Below are positions 11,501 to 25,900 of a stretch of DNA of 64,000 nt, piece after piece. The notes beneath the pieces were generated by a model that worked only from the letters and a program-made list of their open reading frames with translations, ran no database searches and was not told the DNA's origin. Made by a program: the position numbers and the translations under genes. Source of the stretch: Eledone cirrhosa (lineage: Eukaryota); assembly GCA_964016885.1 (NCBI GenBank), contig OZ024746.1, positions 76,818,001 to 76,882,000 on the forward strand. Direction: 5' to 3'. Positions within the stretch are counted from its first letter, which is position 1. Each line of letters opens with the position of its first letter.

Positions 11501-14500
11501 TATTATTCACATTTTATATTTATTAGCAGGACATAATGGAGTGAGACAATAATATGTCAACTTCAACAGACCCTGAAACACCAACAAAATTAATTGACCA
11601 ACTGAGAAGATGCAGCATAAACCAGAAAAGCTGGCACTTTCTTACCACTCAACATTACCCTGAGCTGTCTAAGATTTGCTCTGACCAGGTTACTGTATGC
11701 TGAGACAGCCACATGGTTCAGCAGCAATAAAGCCGACCATTTGATCTATAAGTGCAGCAGATGTGTGCAACATATATGGTTGAGTTTGTGGGTCTCATGT
11801 TGGACTTTACCCCCATATGCAAGCCTGTCATTGACTGTCATAAAGAGGAACATCATCATTGATTTCAACAAACTACAAAGAATTCTGTGTGTGTGTGTGT
11901 ACATGTGTGTGTATGTGTGTGTATGTGTATGTACGTGTGTGTGTTTGTTTTAAGAAATGGCAAATATGACTACCAAAATGAAAAAAAAAAAAAGAAAAAA
12001 AAAAGAAACAAAAATGAAAAATAAACATTAAAATCTTTCTTTCTTATGAAATATAAAAATTCACTAATCCTGTGACAACAATGTATTTTAACCCTTTTGA
12101 TACTAATCTGTCTGAAATCCCTCCTGGTTCTATAATACAAAACTGTTTCTTTTAAAGTGTTTATTTCATTTCATTTTCATTTTATGTCCGCTTTTTCCCT
12201 GCTTGCAAGGGTGGGACAGGAACTGATTCTGACTTGATTTCTACAGCTGGATGCTCTTCCTAACACCAACCTCATTTACAGTGAGTGCTGGGTGCTTTTT
12301 TGCCGTGGCACCTCCACGACCACTTCACAGTGGAATGATATGGACCCCAGTCCCTATCATCTCATTTCTACAGCTGAGTAAACTGGAGCAATGTGAAATA
12401 AAGTGTCTTGCTCAAGGAAACAACACATCACCCGGTCTGAGAATTGAACTACAAACCTTTCGATTGCAAGACCAATGCTCTAACCACTAAGCCATATGCC
12501 TCCATATGTTCCATCATTCTTAGAACCAAACAACTAAGATGGCTTTGTCGTGTCTCACAAATGGATGAATCCAGAATCCCCAAGCAATACTGTATAGAGA
12601 ACTCACAGATGGAAGTAGGAGCATATAGCGTCCAAAGTTGCATTTCAGAAAATAATGTATATATTTATATAAAAACCTTCCAGCTAAATAATAAGAAAAT
12701 TAATTATTTTACTAATTCTTGATTATTTTCGAAATTATTTGAAAATTATATGGAGTGTTTTTCCTTAGAAATATGGCAACAAAAGGGTCAATGGTAAAAA
12801 TGTTAGCTATCTGGTTCTTTTTGCTGGTGATCGATGGTCTTGCAGAGATGGGAATTTCTTAATTCTTCACAACTGTCTTCTTTTTGAACACTGCCTTTTG
12901 TGACTGATTAGTCCTATGCATAGTCAACATAGCTTTTTACAATACCCACAGGAGAGCAATGTTAAGGCAGTAGTGTCAACCAAAGTGGGGAACTTCTGTT
13001 TTTACTTAGATCAACAGCATGTTGGATGCATAAATTTTGAAATCCTTTGCCTCGTCTGTATACAGCTAATTTCCAATTGTCACAGTTCTTTGTTGACTTT
13101 TCCCATTTCCCTTTATCAATGGTGAACTGTTTCAGAGTACTTTTACATTATTTTCTGAAATGCAACTTTGGATGCTATATGCTCCTACTTCCATCTGTGA
13201 GTTCTCTATACAGCATTGCTTGGGGATTCTGGATTCATCCATTTGTGAGACACGACAAAGCCATCTTAGTTGTTTGGTTCTAAGAATGATGGAACATCTA
13301 CTCTCTGGAGAACTTCTGTATCAGGGATGTTATCTTGCCATTAAATGTGAAGGATCTTCCTCAAACAGAGTGCATGTGAAAGCTGTTCAGTCTTCTTTCT
13401 TGACCCGACTACATTGCCCAATCTCACTCCCATGAAGAAGATTGGAGAGGATACATGTCTGGTAGATCAGAATTTAAATGTTTGATTTGAGCTTGTCATT
13501 TTCCCTTGCCCTTTTGATGAATTTCCCAAAGGCTACTGTAGCTTTACCAATTCTTCTGTTGAGTTCTTAATCAAGAGATAGCATGTTAGATATTGTGGAT
13601 CCCAAGTAAATAAAATTATCTACTGTCTTCAGAGAATTTCCATTCAGATTTATGACTGGAACTGAGTCTGTTCTTTGGTTTATTTATTACTTTTGTCTTC
13701 TTGACACCATGGTCAAAGTGAATAGATCACATGCTCTTGCTAGCCTATCCCTCAATCTTTGAAGTCAACTCTGCTGTGAGCAGTGTAGACAGCATCACCA
13801 GCATAGAGTAATTCTATAATCAGTACTTCAGTAATCAGTTGTTTTTTTTTCAGTCTACGTAAATTGAATAAAGAATCATCAAACCTCATTCTACCATAGA
13901 TTTCATCTTCACTTTCCCTGAATGAATGTTGAAGAAGGGTAGCCAAATATATACCGAAGAGGGTGGGTAAAAATGTTACATTTCAGTGAAGTATGAATTT
14001 ATCAACATTGGTTGATGGTTATTATGGACCAATTGAGAACATATCAATGACTAGAAAACACTTTAACCCTTTTGTTATCATATTTCTAATAAAAGACACT
14101 GCCTATACCCCCACCCCACACACACACACACAAAAAAAAAATTTGAAAATAATCAAGAATTTGGAAAGATTTAGTAATATAACTAACCTTCTCATTATTT
14201 ATCTGGTGTGTGGAACATAACTTAAAGATTCTTACATAAAATTATGATGGAATATGTTTAGATAAATACATGCACTTTAAATTAAACAGTTTTGTATAAT
14301 AAAAGACACTATGAAAAAAATGCTTGTTTTATAGGGCTCACATTTAAATTTATACATTCCATTATAATTTTTTTTGTAAGAACTTTTCTTAAGTTATGTT
14401 CCAACTTGAATATGATATCTAATTTAAGCACAAGACAAGCAATTTGTGTGAAGGGAAAAGTTGATTATATCGACTCCAGTACTTTACTTGGAAAGATGAA

Positions 14501-16735
14501 AGGCAAAGTTGACCTCAGCAGGATTTGAATTCAGAATGAAAAGGGCCATAACTAAATGCCACAAAACCTTTGATGCCTTAACAATTTTGCCAATCCACTT
14601 CCTTAAACATCAATTTGATAACGAGAAAGTTAATTATATTAGTAAATCCCTCCAAATTTTTGATTACTTTCAAAATTGACTGAAAATCATAGAAAGTATA
14701 TTTCAATAGAAATATGGTAGCAAAATGTTTAATGACAAAGTATAAAAGATGAATATGAATTACCTTAGCTAACTCAGGTTGTTGGGCTCTTTGAACAGAT
14801 ATTGGTTTATGAACTTCCAAAATGTAATGTAGCACTCGACTCCAACTAAGAACAAAGCAAAATAAACTTGAAAAATCCAGCAATAATATAAAACATATAG
14901 AGTGGAGAAAATGGAGTGAGATGGTTGGGTCATGTGCTGAGGAAGGATGACAGAGACAACAAATCTTTGATACCTTTGAGAATAGTTCTTCTTTTGTTCA
15001 GTGATGTTACTGTCATAGAATGTGCCAACATCTTTATTCCACAAATGAATAAAATCCAAAAGACCAGATCTGCAACAAACCATACAATTAGATTTAGAAT
15101 TTATAGCCTAATACTCCGAACCAGACACAGATGTAGTAAGATCCTACGCTACAAGATCATGTAGGTCAGTGTTGCTCCCCTCTGATTAAAAAAAATGTGT
15201 ACCTCATCATACTCATATAAAAGATATAGCATGGTATATATACACAATTCTGAAGTCCCATGTCCCACCTTGAGAAACACTGGTGTAGCAGTTCTCTTTT
15301 CTTAATTCGTTTATTTATTGGGGTTCTACTCATGGAGTGGTAAATATATACATATACACCAAGTCAGAACACAATGGAACCAAACTCCCACTGTCACTGC
15401 CTCCCGCTCTCCCCATCTCTCACTATTATAAGCTATCAAGCTGGGAGGGGGAAGCCTGTAGCATCCAAGCTTTGCTTTATGACCTCGTTGAGAGCAGCAT
15501 GACAAGGAATGTGGCTGGCACTGCAGCGACAGGACAACAGGTAGAGTCTAAAAGAGTCTACAGTGGATCCGCAGTGACATTTGTGTGGCTCGGAGATCCA
15601 GAGGCCGAGCCTCAGGGAAACCCCGATTCACAGGCTATCATTATCCAGCTGTATGCCAGTCAAAAAGGAGGGTAAGGCATTGAGCAAGACACTGCTGTGG
15701 GGTTGCAAGGCCAAGCAAAAACATGCGGTGCTGGTTGAACTGGCGCGCTAGCCTGTCCGAGGCCATGTTGCACTGGATGACATCCCACATGCTCTGGGGA
15801 GATTTGATGTCTACAGGGGGAAGAAGAGGAGGGACATCTACTGAGTGGAGTCAAAGCCAGTTCCAAGTCTCACAGGTGGCCTTGCATTCCTCATCCCAGT
15901 GGGTTCCATTGTGTTGTGGAGAACCCTGTTGATGGGGGAAAAAAATCTTTTTTACAAAGGTACAGGAATGGCAGCATGGTTAAGGGTTATATATACACAC
16001 ACACACACATATATATATATACATATATATACACATCTATGCACACATATAAATATGTGTGTCAATATGATTGGCTTAATCAAGGCAATGCCCATGTATA
16101 GCTGCAATCTAATGACAGAAACCATTAAAAGAGTAAAGAGTAGAAGAATATAAGTTTAAATTATAGAAAGCAATAACTCACGTTTTGAGGGATTTAATTA
16201 TATAATTATAGTTGTTCAAAAGAAATATATATTTTAGAGTTTGATCATTGTAAGTTTCTGACTTGTTGGTTAAGTTCAGGCCTAGTTCAGAGAGAACTTT
16301 AGCTGTAAAAGATAAAAATCAGATAAAATTTCACATGCTATGTCAAACCTCCCAAATTTGGTTCTGGTTCTATGAAAAAAAAAACTGATTGTTTTAAAGT
16401 TTATATCATCATCATTATTTTTGCATGGGTAACCTTCCATCATTTTATGTAACAATCTTTGTTAAGTTATGTTCCAATACTAAGAAAGTTTGGTCTGTCT
16501 GCTATTGAGATTTGTGCTTTGCTGTTATTTTTGTTCTTGTCCCAAAATATATACATTGGTAAATATACATAAATAGATAACTATAGATTGACAGTCAAGC
16601 AGACAGACAAACATATATATATATATATTCATATGTGGTTGACGGTTGAGAGGAAAGGGTACTCAATACCAAAGTAGAGTTTTAATATTTTATTATTATC
16701 ACTATACTATTTAGCCTTGATAAAATGAATGCGTG

Positions 16736-16796
<61 letters not shown>

Positions 16797-19590
16797 AAGT
16801 AAATAAATAGATAGATATTGTATTTATTATTTGAAGATAGAGAGTAGCTGCTTACTCACTGAATTCATTAAAAAAAAATTTATTAAATTTATTCCTTCTG
16901 AGTTCAAATCCTGTCATTCTTCTGGGATTGATAAAATAAAGTACCAGTGAAGTACTGGGTCAATATAATCGATTTTCCTCTCCCCACAAATTGTTGACGT
17001 GTCTAAATTAACGATAAATTTATACATATTTATTTATAATTCTACTGTTATCCCCAGTGGCAAATGTATGCTCCAAAAATTACCTGTCATATGACAGCTA
17101 ACATTAAAGTATAAAAGAATATATTTACTGATGTAATCTGCAAGTTTCAGTTTACTTTTTTCTGTGTCTTTGCCAACAGATGGTGCTGATGGATCAGTTG
17201 CTGTAAGGAATAGAGAAAAGAAGATAATTGGTTTATTATATATTAGAAAGCAGTTGTTAGAGAGACAGATTAAATACCTTGGTTTTTGTTCTGGCTAACT
17301 GCACTTTGAGTTCAAATTCCACTGAAGTCAACCTTGCCTTTCATTTTTTGGGGGTATCTGTCTATGGGACAGTGGATTGGCAAAATTGTTAAAGAGTTGA
17401 ACAGGATGCCTTGCAGTATCTCATCTGGCTTTGTACATTCTCAGTTCAAATCTCGCCTCCTTCTGTCAGAAGTTGTGTCTGGCAGATTGTATCCACAATG
17501 GAAAAACCAATCGCAAAGTTTCCTTGGTCTGATATTTTGATTAGTTCCTTTCCTTTATATTAGAAACATAATCATAGATAAGAAAGGAATTATTTTTCCT
17601 AAAATCTTTTTCCATAAAAAATCCCAAATAAACTTCAGTTGTGTCAAGGTCATGGCAACATCCCTGGTACTGGTGCTATGATAAAATGCACCCAGTGCAC
17701 TCTGTAAAGGTATAGTGCTAGAGCCATGACAAAATGCATGCAGTATACCCTGTAAAGTGGTTTATGTCAGGAAGGCCACCCATTTGTAAAAAGTATGCCA
17801 AATATAAATTAGAAAAGGATTTTTTAATGTTAAATCCTTAATTTACTAAATTAATTATAATTTAGATTTAAAAACCAGAGTTATATTGGGAGAAAATGGT
17901 TACAAAATATATATTTTTGACAAGTGCTAATATATTTGAAAAGAGTAATATTATAATTAGAATTGAACTTAGTATATTAAATAGTATTTATATTCCTCTT
18001 ATCAACTTGGGAAGAATTAATTAAAGTTAAAATAATTAATATTCAAAAAGGAGCTGATTTTCAGATCAAAGAAATCATACTTCCCTTGGTCTTTCCATTC
18101 TAGATACTATATGCCAACTACACCTCCTAGCAGAAGGAGGTACAATTTGAATTCAGAATGCACAGAACCAAATCATATACAATAAAGTGTCCTGCCTGAT
18201 TCATAAACAATACTGTCAATCCAAAGGCAGTGGATTGGTACTTTATTTATCAACCCATGAAAGATGAAAGGAAAAGATGACCGTGGCAGCATTTGGACTT
18301 TGAGGGCAGAGTTGAAACAAATATGGAAGTATTCAATCTAACGCTCTAACAACTGTGCCTATACATCACCTACTTTTATCAACTTGCAAAGAAATACTAA
18401 AATAATTGATAAATAAACAGAAAAGAAAATATATTTTAACATGCAAAAGACAAACTTTGGTGGATGGAATGAAAGAAAGATGAGAATAAAGGATCAAAGT
18501 GACCATAGTAAAGTAAAAAAGTTTTTTAAAATAAGTAAAAAAGAAAAAGAGAACAAAAATAAAGAAAGGTGTTATCATCCAAAGAAGAGAAACAGAATCA
18601 GGTACAGTAATTATTTGAAAATCATATTGTTTATAATATCTTTATTAGTGGACAGATAATTGTGAAAATGGAAGCAAGCCAACATATTCACAGTATTGAT
18701 GTGGGTAATAGTGAGGCTAAAGCACTGGAATAACCAAACATCCATGCAAGCATCACCTGATAAGTTGATAAGAGGAGCTGCCAACATTAACAAGAAGTCC
18801 ATGGTCAGTGGCCAAGTTCCCCCAAACACCTCAAATGCCACAAGCTGAAAAAATACAGATTGCCGACAGTTCCTGGTATTCTAGAATTTTTGTTTTGTTC
18901 AGCAATGGGTGCAGTGACCGTCACTTTTGCTGCAGTATCCAGGATATAGGAAGGAGTGAAAAAGTCACTAACTGTGACATCCCAAATGAGACATCTAGCA
19001 AGAGAAAAAGATAAAACCATGTAGTCTTTTTACATCAACTCTGGAAAATCTGGCTGACTCTGGAATTGAGGGGATATTGTCATGGGTCAAGACCTGTTTG
19101 ATTATTAGCTTCAGCTTGGCATGACAAGCAAAGCAACCCATGAAGACCCATGGAGTGACAGGGCCTGCCACATTTTAAAATATCTTCTCACTTTCACAGC
19201 TGGCAAAGTGTGATAGGTATCTTAATCTATTTCAGACATTACATTTTCTAGAATTACAGAAAAACAAGAAAAGATTAAAAAAAAATTACCTCTAATTTTC
19301 CTCTTTAGTTACATATAACTTAAATTTATCAAATATATTCATGTATAAGTTGCAACTTTTTCATGAAAATATGACATGAAAAACTAACTTGTGATTTATC
19401 TACTGGACCTACAAAGCCCCAATTCAAATTGTGTCAAAAACATGACAGCCTCTCTAGAGCTGGTGCCATGATAAAATGCACTTGGTAAACATAGAACAAT
19501 TCAACCCTTGCTAGAAGGGAAAGTAGACGCTAAATGATGATAATATTAATGATGATAACTGTAAATGTTTATACAATGGAGATGCAACTT

Positions 19591-19656
<66 letters not shown>

Positions 19657-22380
19657 ATGAGGGCAAGTATTCTGCACTGATCAATGTAATATAATTATAG
19701 ACCAAGCAGTTTTCATGTGAAGTTTAACTACAATAGGCAGAGCTTAGAGTATGGAGGATGTCTTTAGGAAGATTGGATCAAGGTTCAAGCATTGCTTGAG
19801 AAGGCATTCCAGATTACTTTACCTAAAAATGACACTGTAAAGCTGAACATAATGGAACCCAACTCTGTAAGAAAATATTATGTAAAATGTCATAACTTCA
19901 TGAGTTAATCCTACCAGTCACAGAGGGCCTGCAAGGGTGATAGGGACCTTAAATCAAAGCAAGCGGGAATAAATGCTGGTCTAGCAATGCTATGTCTACA
20001 AGAAACAGCAACAAATTATAGCTGGCTAGGTCCAACAATAAGGTTGTGAGAGTTAACTTTGTTTCAAAAACACCAACTCTATGGTTTCTCAATCCCAATT
20101 ATAGTTGTATTAAGTTATAGTTTTGTGAAGAACAGCAAAAAAGACAAAAAAATAGCTCATTATCTACCACCATTTTCATACGGACAACTAGTGTGAGTGC
20201 AAGACCAAAATGGGCACTGGCAACTAGCTAGAATCTGGACAAAATGTTAGGAACAATGGTCGTACAGATCTAAGTCTCCAGATGGGTCGTACAAGAGATG
20301 CAATAGAGTTCAGTTATGAGATGGTCATAGTGCCACACACAAACATATCCACTTCAAGGAATCTCAAATATATCTAACTACAACTACATAAATGTCCCTG
20401 AACTGAGGACCCCAGTAACAACCAGAAGTGACCATAAAATAGACAAACAACTAAGATATAAATTTCTAATGACCCTTATAATATGTGACCAATTGATGCA
20501 CTTAGTGTTGAATTGATGGTTTATTTTTTTGGTCTTTTTTCTCTTGCTTTGATTTTATTTTTTTGAATATTATATTTATAAGATTCCTCGCAATAATTAA
20601 TTGTATATATTATTTGTGTTTATATTTTCATTCTGTAAGAATTATAAACAATTTTTAATGTTATTTACACAACTATGAAAATAATTTTACAAATAGATGA
20701 ATAATTCTATAATGAAGTTTTATGCTTTTTTTCCTGTGTCAACCTATATTATGTCCAAAAATACATCACATAATGCTCTTGAAAGTTAACACCTTCCTCA
20801 CACTAGAAAGACAATCCTTAAATGAACAATAACAAAACATTTATCAAAATTTATTTTTGAATTCCATTGTGTGACTATAACCTTTTCTTTCATAAGGTGG
20901 ATGTAGTGATATGGTTGGAACTACTTTACATGTATGTCTATGTTGTATCTAATATGTCTAGAGTAGTAATACAACAAACTCCTCACTTTCGTCCAACCTG
21001 CTTATCTATCAATACCTATCTTTCTCCCATTCTGTAGTATAAATAAATACTTGTTACATATGACTTTTGATTATCATTGACTGTCTTGATTATCATTACA
21101 TTCTATAAAGGTTATTTCATAATGTAACAGTCATGAAACAGTTTTAAAATATTCAATTTGAATCTAAATTGTAAATTTTAAAGATGCTTCTTTAGTAAAC
21201 AACAAGTATTCCAGATTTACAGATAATGTAATATACTGTGTATATCTATTTTAAAATAGGTAAACTGTATGTCTGCATGTTTTAAGAGGCAACTAAAAGG
21301 TTTAGCACTAGGAAAGGCATCTGGTTGTAAAAAATTGTCTCAAAAAGGGACAATGATGAGTATGAAGCCTCTTATGGGACTTAAAAAGCTTCATGTTGTT
21401 GTTGTGTTGTTGTACACATAATGTAATATTTTATGTTTAAAGAAAACACCAACGAGAACCAAATATTTTAAAGGCATTAAGTAACATAGACAATAGAATA
21501 AAGTTTTCAGTTACCATATTTCATTAACATTGCACCAGCTGTCTCAGCATATTCCTTCAGTTGGACAAGAAATATGATTGTCTGAAAATGTAATACAGAC
21601 TAATTTTAACACTTGGAATACTTGGAAATTAATAATATAACAAAGGTTCTTACATAAAGTTATGATGAAAAGCTTTTAGATCAATATAAACTCTTTAAAG
21701 CAAACAGTTTTGTATCATAGAACCAAGGGCAGTTTCTGACAGTTTGGTATCAAAAGGGTTAAAGCAAAAAAAAGTTACTAAATCTTATTTTCTCTTGGAA
21801 AACTTACATGATTTGTTAACTCATGGACAGTTCCATCTTTGGGCATATTTGATACCTTTTCAGGATCTATCTAGAAGAAATTGGAAACAATGATCTTTTT
21901 AATATATTCAGATGATATTCAACAAATATGTACAATACAACATACTATATGAAGAGAGGATTCTTTACATGACAATGAGTTACAGTAATATACATATATG
22001 CGTGTTGAATCTCCATGATTCTGACGAGTGTTCCAATTGATTCACTCAATAGAACAGCCTTCTCATGAAATTAACATGCAAATGGAAAAGCATTCTATGA
22101 ATATGTGTATCCTTGACATAGTTCTCAAAGAGATTCAGCATGGCAGTTTGTCAAAGCTGCCCCTTTGAATTACAGGTACAACATATTTTTTCCAGTTATC
22201 TTTTTATTGCATTTATTCTTATACCCCTTTGCTCTTTTACTGGTTTCAGTCATTTGACAACAACCATGCAGAGGCACTGCCAATGATTTAGTTTATCATA
22301 TTGATGCCAGTAATTATTTTTTAAAGACTGGAAATTATTTTATCGAACCACAAAGTTATGAGGCGTAAACACGAGGATGG

Positions 22381-22424
<44 letters not shown>

Positions 22425-22945
22425 AAGGCTTCTGCAGTTTCTAGCTACCAAAGTCCACTCACAAGCCATAAGTCAATCCAAGGTGGATATAGTAAAAGAC
22501 ACTTGCCCAAGGTGCCATGCAATGTGACTAAAAACAGAACCACATGATTGAAAAGTGAACTCCTGAAACAAACAGCCACGATCTCATTTTACATGAAATA
22601 AATAATTCATTAATTGATTGAAAAACATTGGAAAGATAAAATACTTACCTTGATGTTTTCTATAAAGTCATCTAACGCTTTGGCACCCTACAATGAAGAA
22701 AATTTTATGATAAAAATATGAGTATAGATAATATTTTTATTAGCTCTTTCATTACTGTACAGTTGTCCCTCAGTATTCGTGGAGGTTACATTCCTAGAGC
22801 AAAGAGCGAAAAATGGCAATTATTGCACAAAATCTACAAAAATGCCTATAAATGTCAAAACATAATGTAAAATATAGGCTGGCAAATACGATATTTTGTT
22901 ATCAATAATTTAACCTTAAAAAGTGTCAAAAAATATATATTGCCA

Positions 22946-22985
<40 letters not shown>

Positions 22986-25900
22986 GCAGAAGATATGTAC
23001 GATTCCACGAACAATTATTAGTTAGGTTCTAAGGAAAATTCCACGAATAACCGGGACCGCAAATGCCAGGGGTACATTGTATTTCTATTGAAAAACATTG
23101 CCAATGATTTTCAAATAATTTTGAAAATACTCTAAAATTTGGTGAGATTTAGTAAAATAACTAACTTTGCCATTACTAAACTGGTGTTTGTAACTTAATA
23201 AAGGCTTTTACATAAAATTATTATGGAATGTTTTTAGATAAATAAACACTTTAAAATAAACAGCTATGTATCATAGAAGTAGAGCAACTCCAGGCAGTTT
23301 AGTATGAAAAAGGTTAGAAATAATATCAGAAGATGAAAATATATTTTAACCTAATTAATCAAATATACTTTAAGAATACCAGAATCTAGACATATATATG
23401 GCATGATGAAAAATGAATATTACTTACTGTGGAGTCCAGTACAGATAGCAGTGATGCCAATTTAGATCTTGTTGGTGCTTGACAGCCCTATAAAGAATCG
23501 AGTAAGTCAAATCTTTAACTCTTTTATTACCATATTTCTTATGAAAGATACTGTCTATGATTTTCAAATAATTTTCAAAATAATGAAGAATTTGGAAAGG
23601 TTAAGTAAAATAACTTTCTCATTATAAAGCTGGTGTTTGAAACATAACTTAACAAAGGTTCTTACTTGAAATTATGATGGATGGTTTTTAGAGAAATATA
23701 AACACTTTAAAATAAACAGTTTAGAATTATAGAACTACTGGCAGTTTGGTATCCTATATTTCCTTATGCAAAATGAATAGTTAATAGTTATTTGAAGGTC
23801 TTTTCTAGCTCATCTAAGGGAAAAAAACATGTTTGATGTAAACATTAAAATGTCTTTATATATATATATATATATAATGGAATGAGATGGTTGAGTCACA
23901 TTTTGAAGAAGTTTTGAAAATGATTGGGTGAAAGGAGTGATGGAAATAAATTTGGAAGTAGAGGAAGGGGGAAGACCAAGAAATACATGGCTAAAAATGA
24001 TGGAGGAGGAAATGAAAGTCAGAGGGTTGATGAAGGTGAAATGCAGATGATAAGGAAAAATGGAGCCTGCAGAGCTAATCTCCTGGTTTAGCAGAAAATG
24101 GCTTAAAAAGCTTGTCTTCTGTATTTGTAGAATATTTCAGAACACTATTTTCTAATTGCTTTAGCTACCTAATGCAACTAACAAGTATTTTGAAACCCCA
24201 CATATATTAAATGGTAGTGTTGTAGTTGTATAATAAATTAGGAGTCACTATCATCCCAGATGAGCTGAGAGCCAAGCAAAATGTGGCCTATATTGAAGGA
24301 GAGTAGCATTGATTAAGTATTAATTTGATCTCTAGTAACCCATCTAACCCATGCAGGCATAGAATAACAGACACTTTTATTCACCTTTTACATACTTCAT
24401 GTGTCTTATGTCAATAATTCATATTAGAGAAATGATATTCTCCATACAAATATTGTTAATTTTTCTTGGCAGTTGAAAAGTATAAAACAAAACTTTAAAC
24501 ATTCTATGCATTTACAAAGATTTATGAATTGTAAGTGATAGAAGGACAAATTTTAATGAGAAATAAATATATAAAACATACACTACACTTACTCAGGTAT
24601 AAGTCACACCCCTATTTTACATACAGAGTGATTCTTCTAGACAGACTGCCAATCAAGATGAATGAGCTCTGTCAACAGTCTTTTTTTGACATGCTATTGG
24701 ATAGCCATTGACTGTACTGAGTTCATCCGCCCTTTGTCGGGTTTTGTTTCTCATCCTGCAAGATATCCAAAAATCACTTTCCTCACCAAGTAAGTTTAGT
24801 GTGGTTGCCAGTTCAGTTGCCAATGATCCAACCATGTGACAGGTTATACTGGGTTACATGTTATCAGTAGCTCTCAAAAGCCACCTGACATACCTCATCA
24901 TCATATATATAAGTACCAATCTGGAGGTGGAAGTTGCTTTGCGATATCTGATCCAGTGTTGCTACAAGTTGTGACTGATAGATAGTATCAGCAGTGAAAA
25001 ATCCATTGAAAACAGTCAGATCAGACAAAAGAAATGTAAATTCCTTGTTCTAATCTGACAATTGACTCCCCTCCACCCACTTTTAAAAATATATTTTGAA
25101 TTAAGGTTTTTTTCAGTCCAATAGATAAGACACATGCTAGTTTTTCACATAGTATTTTTGTGAAACAAAGTGTGACTTATACGCAAGTGTATATGGCATA
25201 TATGTTTAGGATAAAGTGGAAAATAACACACACCTCTAAAGTAAGATCAAATTGTGGTTTGATGCAACGTAAATGCTGTACAATAGGAAATATTGACAAA
25301 ACCGATGTATATTCATGCCGAGTAATGTTTTTCTTAGCATTTGCTGCTATAGCCTAGAAAAAAATAAAAAATAGAATGTATTAGCAGTCTAAAAGTAATA
25401 GAAATTTCAATGAACAATTAATCTCATTGCTATTTTATTTCCCATATACTCTGAATCAAAGTATATCTTCAGGTATCACGAGGTATCACTAAAGATTAAT
25501 TGACAGAAATGAGAAAATGAAATGAATTTTACAACTCACTTCTATGCAGATTTAGCTGGCCTTCTATAAGGTTGTGTCTCATAGGAGGTTTCTTGGGGGG
25601 TTTTAATGATAGGATCCCCAGTCCTATCATATATGTGCGTATATATGTATATATGTATATATATATTTATATGTTGTTGTTACAGTTCACACCTATGCAG
25701 ATTTAGCTGCCTTGTTCGAGGTTGCATCTCATAGAAGGTTTCTTGCATATCTAAAAAAATAGGGTCCCCAGTCCTATCATATATATATGTGTGTGTGTTA
25801 TTACTGCACATACCTATGCAGATTTAGTTAGTGGTTACATCTCATAGGAGGTCTCTTGTGTGTTTTTAATGATAGGGACTCCAGTCCTATCAAGAAAAGC

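Noticed and set aside
14846-14973. Second U12 intron (donor GTATCA)
   Set aside because: Lacks the CCTT of the U11 consensus and has no TTCCTTRAY branch site.
22000-22180. CTGACGA...TGAAA in a dispersed repeat, possible hammerhead
   Set aside because: Core spacing and stems do not fit in this degraded copy; it is part of a repeat also seen near 11380-11500 and 47960-48070.
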